A DNA stretch of 64,000 bases. Source: an uncultured Planctomycetota bacterium. GTDB lineage: Bacteria; Planctomycetota; Planctomycetia; Isosphaerales; Isosphaeraceae. This document shows positions 18,924 to 26,700 of this stretch, piece after piece. Location of the stretch: NCBI GenBank assembly GCA_963823665.1, contig CAWGMQ010000003.1:1434388-1498387 (forward strand). The letters are read 5' to 3'. Numbering within the stretch: position 1 is the stretch's first letter; the number at the start of each line of letters is the position of its first letter. Both the position numbers and the translations under genes were made by a program. A model generated the notes under the pieces. That model was not told where the DNA came from. It made no database searches and saw nothing but the letters and a program-made list of their open reading frames with translations.

Positions 18924-18976
18924 ATCGGGTGATTCACTACAAAGGTCATAACGAGAAGGCTCGGAGGCGAGGGGTT

Positions 18977-19384
18977 ATGGGAGCGCGGCGGCGGACTCCG
19001 CGGCTGAGTGCGGGGGAGATGGAGATCATGGCGATGCTCTGGGAGCATGGGGAGCTGACGCTCTCGTCGGCCCATCAGGCTCTGGGTCGACCGATCGGAT
19101 ATACGACCGTGCAGACGCGGCTGAACCGCCTGGTCGAGAAGAGAGTCGTCACCCGGTCGACCGGGCGCCCTGCACAATATGCCGCGGCGGTGAGCGCGCT
19201 CGACGTCGGTACCCGGCACCTGGATCTGCTCCTGGAGCGGATCAGGGGGTTCAAGATCGTTCCACTGGTAGCCCACCTGGTTCGGGATCGCCGGCTAACC
19301 GCCGAGGAAATTCGCGAGCTGAAGCGATTGATCGGTCAAGCGGAGGCGTCGAACCAGGGCCGGGGCAGGGAGAGGAAAACGTGA
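18977..19384 (+). CDS. BlaI/MecI/CopY-family transcriptional repressor
   Basis: LSAGEMEIMAMLWEHGELTLSSAHQALGRPIGYTTVQTRLNRLVEKRVVTR winged helix; ATG 18977 with GGAGG RBS. Confidence 0.8.
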   Translation: MGARRRTPRLSAGEMEIMAMLWEHGELTLSSAHQALGRPIGYTTVQTRLNRLVEKRVVTRSTGRPAQYAAAVSALDVGTRHLDLLLERIRGFKIVPLVAHLVRDRRLTAEEIRELKRLIGQAEASNQGRGRERKT

Positions 19385-19413
19385 ACGTATATACAGATGA
19401 TATGCTTTAGAGC

Positions 19414-20804
19414 ATGCTGCGCACGACCGGGGTGCTTGCAGTCTCCGTCCTGGTTGCTCGAGCGTTGCTCGGCCGGCGGCGCCCGGTGGCGCCCTCGCTG
19501 TGGCGCATCGCCTGCGTTCTGTCGCTCCTTCAGGGCGTACTGATCGTGCGGTTCTCCGTGCCGCTGCCGTGGGCCGGGCACGTGATGTCGTCCGCCGTGC
19601 CCGCGCCAACGTCGTTCACGAACGCCGAACGCGTGGTCCCGCCCGATCCGGCGCCTCCAACCGCTTCGTTGTCCGAGCGCGGCAACGGGACGGGACGAGC
19701 ATCGAACGCGGCTTCGCCGGCGAGGGGTGCAGGGCAAGAGCCATGAGTCGATCGAGCTGGAGTGACCTGGCGCGAGTTCGTCGTGGCCGGATGGCTCGCC
19801 GGCATCGTGGGGCTGGTGGCCACACTGCTCATCGGGTACGTTCGATTCGCATTGGGTCTGCGGACGAGACCGCCCGACGAGGGGGCGTGGTCCGACGAGT
19901 GGTCAGCATTGCTTTTGGAGCGAGGCATCCGCCAGCCGATTCCGCTCCGGGTCACTGACCTACAGGGACCGATGCTTTGCCGGCTACCCGCCGGATATCG
20001 ATTGATTGTGCCGGCGCGGCTATGGAGAAGTCTCAACGCCGCTGAGCGCCGGGCGATCCTTTTGCATGAGCTGGCACACTACACACGGGGCGATCTGTGG
20101 AAGTCGCTGGCGATCCGCGCTCTTGCGCTGCCGCACTGGTTCAACCCGTTCGCCTGGTGGGCGGTACGTACCTTCGACGAGTGCGGTGAATGGGCCTGCG
20201 ACGACGACGCCACGGGTGTCGAGCCGAGCGCGGCCACCACTTATGCCCGAGCGTTGTTCCAGCTCGCGGAGACGGGCGACCGACGGCGATCGTTCGGATT
20301 CTCAGCGCGTGGCTCGTCGCTGGCGGCGCGGGTGCGGCGGCTGATGCAACCGAGACGCGCTTCCGAACCGATCCGTACTCGATTGATTGTCATGGGTCTA
20401 TTGATCGCTCTGGCGACGGCTCAAGTGCTCCGCCCCGAGTTGGCGGCCGCGCCATTGGCTCGCCCGACCTCAGCGACTCGATCCATCTCTGGGAAATTGC
20501 CACGGGCAAAGACCTTCGGCAGTTCCCGGGCGAGCCGGCCGAAAAGCGGGGAGATATCCGCATCGTCAACGCGCTGTCGTTCACTGCGGACGGACGTATT
20601 TTGATTTCCGGCGAGGAGAACGGCTCGATCGTGATCTATGATGCTTCGAACGCGGCGGTGCGGGCGACTCTGCGCGGGCACAAGAATAGTGTGCGTGCCG
20701 TATGTGTCTCGACGAACGGCAAACGGCTGGTGTCGGCGAGCACGGATCTGACGGCGCTCGTTTGGGACCTGGCGGGGGTGATCGAGGGGCGCTGGGGCAA
20801 TTGA
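19414..20804 (+). CDS. BlaR1-like M56 metallopeptidase fused to C-terminal WD40 repeats; interrupted by an in-frame TGA (19744-19746) and a frameshift (~20400-20470)
   Basis: TM-rich N-term (19414..19746), LLHELAHYTRGDLW HExxH motif (19762..20604), WD40 repeats (RATLRGHKNSVRAVCVSTNGKRLVSASTDLTALVWDL) in 20190..20804. Confidence 0.6.
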
Positions 20805-21152
20805 TGCCTCAACGATGTTTCGTGGGCTTGCTTTCAAATCGAGCAAGAGATCGACACGCTTCCGCCGGTGCCGACCGGCTATTTGCCGGTGACTCAACGA
20901 GGCTGGGGCATCGAGGCGATTCAACTTCCCACGCTACAGCGGAAAATCGTTCGGCCGGCAGCGCCGGAGAACAGCCATGACTGGGCCTTGGCCCATGCCG
21001 AGAGTGGCCCCGATTCCACGGGGCGAATCGCCTACGTCGAAGACCATTTCTTTGTCGAGCACGAAACGGACTGGCGGCACCTTTTACGGACGATCCGGCG
21101 CCGGTGAGCTCATCGCGCACGGGCACTCGTGCGGTTCAACCGCGAGCGCGCC

Positions 21153-21203
21153 GCAGAGCGGCACGGCGCACGTTCCGACGCGGGAGCGTCGGAACGAGGG
21201 GGA
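21153..21203. repeat. copy 1 of a ~50-bp palindromic repeat (core GTTCCGACGC-GGGA-GCGTCGGAAC, 10-bp stem)
   Basis: gagcggcacggcgcacgttccgacgcgggagcgtcggaacgaggggg read directly. Confidence 0.6.
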
Positions 21204-21469
21204 GCCGCGGCTTGGGCATCACGCGAGGATCGCTGCCGGGCCTGGATCGCTGCGGACGGGATCGACCCTGTGGATTGTGAGGATTCATCGGGCTGCGGCT
21301 TTCACAGAAACTTAGAAGGCTTTAGCAAACGCGGAGTTTTGGACGACGTTCTTAATAAGGCGACGCAGGCAAGCTTGATAAGGGCTGACGAGGCTGAGCT
21401 TTCCTGGGCTGTTCGGTGTTGAAAAGAGCTGTTTTCTCAGCGAAATGAAGTGAACGGGAGAGAATCATC

Positions 21470-23137
21470 ATGGTGAGCGAAGCCAAGATTGCGGCGAACC
21501 GCAGGAACGCCACAAAAAGCTGCGGGCCCAAAACCGAAGCCGGTAAGAAAATCGCCCGATTCAATGCACTCACGCATGGAATGACAGCTGAAATTGCGAT
21601 GTTGCCGGAGGAGGATGCGGCGGTTTATGAATCGCGCCGGAGGGACTGGTTCGAGCAGTACAAGCCGCGGAATGGTGTGGAAGCGGCCAAGGTTGAACGG
21701 AGTTTTTACTTGTGGTGGCAACTCGGGCGGATCGGACGTGCACAGTCGGCGCAGCTCTGTGAGAAATCCCGGACGGCGGAGAGTGAACGGCTGGCGAGTG
21801 AAGCCAGAGAGACGATCGAGCTGTCGATCAAGCTCTTTCTGCCGACCCCGGAGGCTCGCTGGGGGACTGCGGAGAATTCGACGCGCGACCGAGGTTTTGA
21901 GCATCCCGCACTGATCGAGAGCCGGCTGGAAGAACTGGAGGACGGCTGCCGGTGGCTTCACGCGCAGTGGAAGGAGGAAGCCGCGATTCTGGACGCAGGC
22001 AAAGCTTGGGGGGCGATCGAGTGTTTCAAGGCGATCAGGCTGATGGGAATGCATGTCCTCTCGGCTATCGATCTCAACGAGGTGGCCGATTTCCTGCGGC
22101 CGTGCGTGGCACTGGCCGGAAAGGGAATCGGGCTGGCGAGGGAAACATGGACGCTGCTTGCTCCGCCCGATGCCGAGCGAGGTTGGGAGGTCGTGCGCGG
22201 GCAGTTGGAACCATGTGACGCGCTGCCCATGTGCGCGGAAGAAGCGAGGGAATGGTTACGCGAGACAGTCGAAACGCAGATCGGGCGGCTGGCCGAGAAA
22301 ATCGAGGAGCACGAAAGCGTCGCCGAGGTCCTCGGGACACTGGCGCGTGACCTGCATGCTTTCGACTGGAGCCCTCTCGCCGAGCGGACGCGACGGTACG
22401 AGCGGGCCTGTCAACGAACCGTCGACCGAATCGATCGCGAGCTCGAAACACGGCCTTGGCTGTCGTCTGAGCAATTCGTGCCGGCATCGACTTTGAACCG
22501 GAGGCTCACCCCGAGCTTGGTGCAATCCATGCGTGCGAGGTTAATGGCGGGTGATGCGATCGGCGCAGCCGACGACGAGGACGAAGAAGAAGTTGGGCGG
22601 CAACGAAACGAAGCCAACGGGGACGACGGAGTTGAATCGACGATGAACTTCGTCGATGACGGGCGGACGCATGTTTGCGAAGCCGAGGGCGACACCCCTG
22701 GCAGGCACGAATTAACGATGAATTATGGCGATACGGCCGCTCGACGAAACGAAGCCAACGGGCATGAGCGGTCGGGAGAAGCGCCGCGACGAAACGAAGC
22801 CAACGGGGACGACGAAGCGTCGCCCTTGATGCGACGAAACGAACCCAACGGGAGGGAGGACGGTTCAGTCGCAACGATTGACGGGTTTGAGAGGTCGAAG
22901 GTCGCCGACGGCTCGCGCGGCGATGGTACCTCGTCCGAAGAAACAAGTGACGAAACACCGCAACAATCGACTGACCTCGCGTGTGAGACCCAGGCTGGGG
23001 CGGTCGAGAGGCGCCAGGTGGGCTCGGCGACGGTGACACGATTCAGCCTGGCTGCGGGTGTGAAGGGAAGCAGGGCCGATTCGCGCCGTGAGCGGCGTGC
23101 GCGGCGGCGGCGGGAAATGCGGCAGCGAAACCGCTGA
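21470..23137 (+). CDS. hypothetical hydrophilic protein (555 aa) with C-terminal degenerate tandem repeats (RRNEANGDD...)
   Basis: ORF track; DNA repeat cgacgaaacgaagccaacgg occurs 4 times at ~22600-22850; AT-rich upstream region; no TM or signal peptide. Confidence 0.5.
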   Translation: MVSEAKIAANRRNATKSCGPKTEAGKKIARFNALTHGMTAEIAMLPEEDAAVYESRRRDWFEQYKPRNGVEAAKVERSFYLWWQLGRIGRAQSAQLCEKSRTAESERLASEARETIELSIKLFLPTPEARWGTAENSTRDRGFEHPALIESRLEELEDGCRWLHAQWKEEAAILDAGKAWGAIECFKAIRLMGMHVLSAIDLNEVADFLRPCVALAGKGIGLARETWTLLAPPDAERGWEVVRGQLEPCDALPMCAEEAREWLRETVETQIGRLAEKIEEHESVAEVLGTLARDLHAFDWSPLAERTRRYERACQRTVDRIDRELETRPWLSSEQFVPASTLNRRLTPSLVQSMRARLMAGDAIGAADDEDEEEVGRQRNEANGDDGVESTMNFVDDGRTHVCEAEGDTPGRHELTMNYGDTAARRNEANGHERSGEAPRRNEANGDDEASPLMRRNEPNGREDGSVATIDGFERSKVADGSRGDGTSSEETSDETPQQSTDLACETQAGAVERRQVGSATVTRFSLAAGVKGSRADSRRERRARRRREMRQRNR

Positions 23138-23186
23138 TGATGCGAACCGGAATCAATAACATCCGAAGTTCGACGGTTTGGACGCC

Positions 23187-23237
23187 ACGGAGCGGCACGG
23201 GGGCCGTTCGGACGCGGGAGCGTCGGAACGAGGAGTC
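23187..23237. repeat. copy 2 of the palindromic repeat
   Basis: gagcggcacgggggccgttcggacgcgggagcgtcggaacgaggag. Confidence 0.6.
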
Positions 23238-23282
23238 GGCGCGCGCTGTGGAGTTTGTCGGGAAATCAACCGTTTGCACGCG

Positions 23283-23333
23283 GCGGAGCGGCACCGGAGA
23301 CCGTTCCGACGCGGGAGCGTCGGAACGAGGGGG
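23283..23333. repeat. copy 3 of the palindromic repeat
   Basis: gagcggcaccggagaccgttccgacgcgggagcgtcggaacgaggggg. Confidence 0.6.
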
Positions 23334-23712
23334 GGTGGCTCTTTATTGCTGTATCAGTTCCATTCAGTCCCATTTCTCGAATGGCCAAAAAGACATGTCT
23401 GGAGAAGCTCGCGTGAGAGCACAAGCCGAACCTGGATTCGGGAATGCCTCGGGGCAATTCGATCCGTGCGTGGGCGCGGGGAAATCGTCAGGCTAAAGCC
23501 TGACCTACCTCGAGCAGACGAGTGCGGGGGTTGGGGCTTCGCGAACGGCTCCGATTATTAGGGGAAGGTTGCGGGACAAACCAGCGGCTTTGGCGGGCGT
23601 CTTGGTGCATACTTGAATTTGAGATTGACGTCTGCGGGGGTTGTTGCGCGCTTCCCGGCCGGGCTGACCCGGCGAGGGGGAGTTGATCTCGCCGGGATTG
23701 AGGTGCGGCCAG

Positions 23713-26700
23713 ATGGCGGATTCGAGTCCCAGCAAATGGCGGAGGGTCAGGACCCCCACCGTTCTGCAAATGGAGGCGGCGGAGTGCGGAGCCGCTGCGC
23801 TGGGGATCGTCCTGGAGTTTTACGGCCGGTATATCCCCCTCGACGTGCTGCGCGACGATTGCGGCGTCTCGCGCGACGGCAGCAACGCGTTTTACATCAA
23901 AGAGGCGGCCAAGAGATACGGTCTGGAAGTCAAAGCGGGGCGGAAATCGGCCGAGGGGATACGATCCTGGCGGCCTCCGATCATTGCGTTCTGGCAGTGG
24001 AACCACTTCCTTGTGGTCGAGGGATTCGGGCATGGAAAGGTCTACGTGAACGATCCCGCCAGCGGCCGGCGGACGATGGGGTTCGAGGAGTTCCGGGAGG
24101 GATATTCGGGGATCGCGTTCACGTTCGAGCCTGGACCGCAGTTCGTCAAGCAAGGACGACGTCCGAGCATATTCCGCGGTCTGGCCAGACGACTGGCGAG
24201 CTCGCGGGTGGCGATTGTTTTCGTCGTGCTGGCCGGGCTGGCGCTCGTGATTCCCAACCTGGTGACGGCGGCTTTTCAGCGAGTGTTCATGGACGAGATC
24301 CTCATTCAGGGGCATCACAACTGGCTGAGGCCGCTGCTTGTGGCCATGGCACTGACGGCCATCCTGCGGGTTGCGGCGGCCGCGCTCCAGCAGTTGTACC
24401 TGACGCGGTTCGAGGTGAAGCTTTTGCTCGAAGAGTCGCTCAAGTTCCTGGGACACGTGCTGCGGTTACCGCTGGTCTTCTTTCAACGGCGATATACGGG
24501 CGATCTGGTGGCGCGCGTTTCGAGCACGGCACGCGTGGCCGCGCTGCTCTCGGGCGAGCTGGCGACGACGGCCGTCAGTTTGCTGACGCTGGTGGCTTAT
24601 GTCGCGGTGATGCTGCCTTATGAGCCGCTGCTGGCGATTGTGGGGCTCTTGATCAGCAGCTTGAATCTTGTTGCGCTCAAGATGTTCAGCCGCTGGAGGA
24701 GCGACCAGAACCGGGTGATCGAGCAGATACGCGGCAAGCTGCTGGCGGGGATCATGGGGGCGATCCAGATCGTCGAGAGCATCAAGGCGACCGGATCCGA
24801 GTCGGAAATGCTGGTGCGCTGGACGGGCGACCAGGCGCGAATGATCAACGCGGAACAAGTCCTTGGGGTTTACGACACGCTGCTGTTCGTGATTCCGCCG
24901 CTCCTGGCGAGCCTGACGACGATCGTGGTGCTGGGCCTGGGCGGCCACCAGGTCATGGCCGGCGGCCTGGGCATTGGCGTGCTGCTGGCGCTTCAGGCGC
25001 TGCTGGCGGGGTTCAATCAGCCATTCCTGGATCTGGCCCGACTGGGAGCCGACGTGCAGGAGCTGCGGGCCGATCTCGATCGGATCGACGACGTGCGGAA
25101 CCGGCCGATCGACCCGGTGTATGCACTGGCGGGGCAGATCACGGCGGTCTCCGGGGCAAGCGAGGCGGCGCGGGCGGCCGCGGCGCGGCACCGGCTCTCA
25201 GGGCACATCGAGTTTCGCAACGTCACGTTCGGGTACAACCGGACGGTCGAGGAGCCATTGATCCACGATTTCTCATTTGTTGCTATTCCTGGCCAGCGGA
25301 TTGCGCTTGTGGGCTCTTCGGGCAGCGGCAAATCGACGATCGGCCGGCTGGCGATGGGGCTGTATCAACCATGGAGCGGCGAGATTCTCTACGATGGCCA
25401 TCGGCTCGCGGAGATTCCTCGCGAGGTGTTCGTGAACTCGGTGCTGCTGGTTGACTCGGAGATTTGCCTGTTCGAGGGGACGGTGCGCGACAACCTGACG
25501 CTCTGGGATGATTTTGTTCCGATGGCGCGGCTGACGCAGGCGGGGGTGGAGGCGGCGATTCACCGCGATCTGCTTCAGCGGCGGGGCGGTTATGGCGCGG
25601 CTGTCAGCGAGGCGGGACGGAACTTTTCGGGCGGGCAGCGGCAGCGTCTTCAAATCGCGCGGGCGATTGTGCGGGAACCGAGCCTGCTCGTGCTGGACGA
25701 GGCCACGAGCGCGCTTGATCCGCGAACCGAGCGAATCGTCGACGACAACCTCCGCAGGCGAGGCTGCACCTGCTTGATCATCGCCCACCGGCTGACGACG
25801 ATCCGGGACTGCGACGAGATCATCGTCTTGAATGCAGGGCGAGTGGTGCAGCGCGGCACGCACGATGAGCTGATCGCGGATAGCGCGGGTGAGTATGCGC
25901 GGCTGCTTGCTTTTCAGGTGCTACCGGGGGTGCGGCACGGACGGTTTTCGTGGAGAAGGAGTCGAGCGGCCCAGACGATCGTTCCGGTGGAGAGCCGAAT
26001 CGAGATCGCCGGGAACTCGGCGGGGGGCCATGTGGAGCCGGTCGCGGTGCCCAGGGTGGTGGCGGGTGGAGAGCAGACGGATTCGCCGCGGTTCATCGTG
26101 GAGGAGCTGCTGCCCTACAGCCAGCCGGAGAGCACGGCGGCGAATCGTCCGCTTTCGCTTGACGATCCCGAAGCGGTCTGGTGGGTCTCATCCGGCGGGG
26201 TCGACGTGTTTTTCACACAGTTTGAGCCGGGTGCGCCGGAAGGGAACAGGCGGCATTTGTGCCGGGTGGAGGAAGGGGGCTCGATCTTCGCGATCAGCGG
26301 GGTTCGCGGCCGGTTGGGGAGTGGGCTGGTGGCCGTCGGGGCGGGGCCGGCTCAGCTTCTCAAGTTCGCCCGGGGTGATTTGATCCGCCTGAGCTTCGAG
26401 GAGGGGCTTTCCGAGCAAGTTGCGGTTCTGGTCGACGATTGGCTGCTGCGAGTCGGCCGCGCACTGGGGCGACTCGCGGGAATCGAAGGTTATCGCGAGC
26501 TTGAGTGGGACACTTGCACGGACCTCGATCGGGAGGTGCGGTTCGGTGTGCGCCAGGGAGTGGGCTGGGTGCGGCAGCTTAGCGGGAGCTCGTGGTTTCT
26601 GGATGAGGTTCCGGTTCCGGTGTCGGAGCTGGAGGCGAGGTTTCCCTTGAGCGAGAACCTCTGGCTCAAGACGACGAGCGAGGGCAGGGTTACTGCGTGC

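Noticed and set aside
21150-23335. The hairpin repeats as integron attC sites
   Set aside because: No R''/R' core sites (RYYYAAC / GTTRRRY) were recognisable, so a generic REP-like palindrome is the safer call.
23488-23506. Hairpin gtcaggct-aa-agcctgac upstream of the exporter as a terminator or riboswitch
   Set aside because: The 8-bp stem has no U-tract or recognisable motif; too little evidence.
21129-23561. Small ORFs 21129..21422, 23137..23496 and 23178..23561 as candidate leader-peptide precursors for the exporter
   Set aside because: They read through the hairpin repeats (each translating to ...ERHGxRSDAGASERGG), lack any Nif11/NHLP-like or GG-leader features and have poor coding character.
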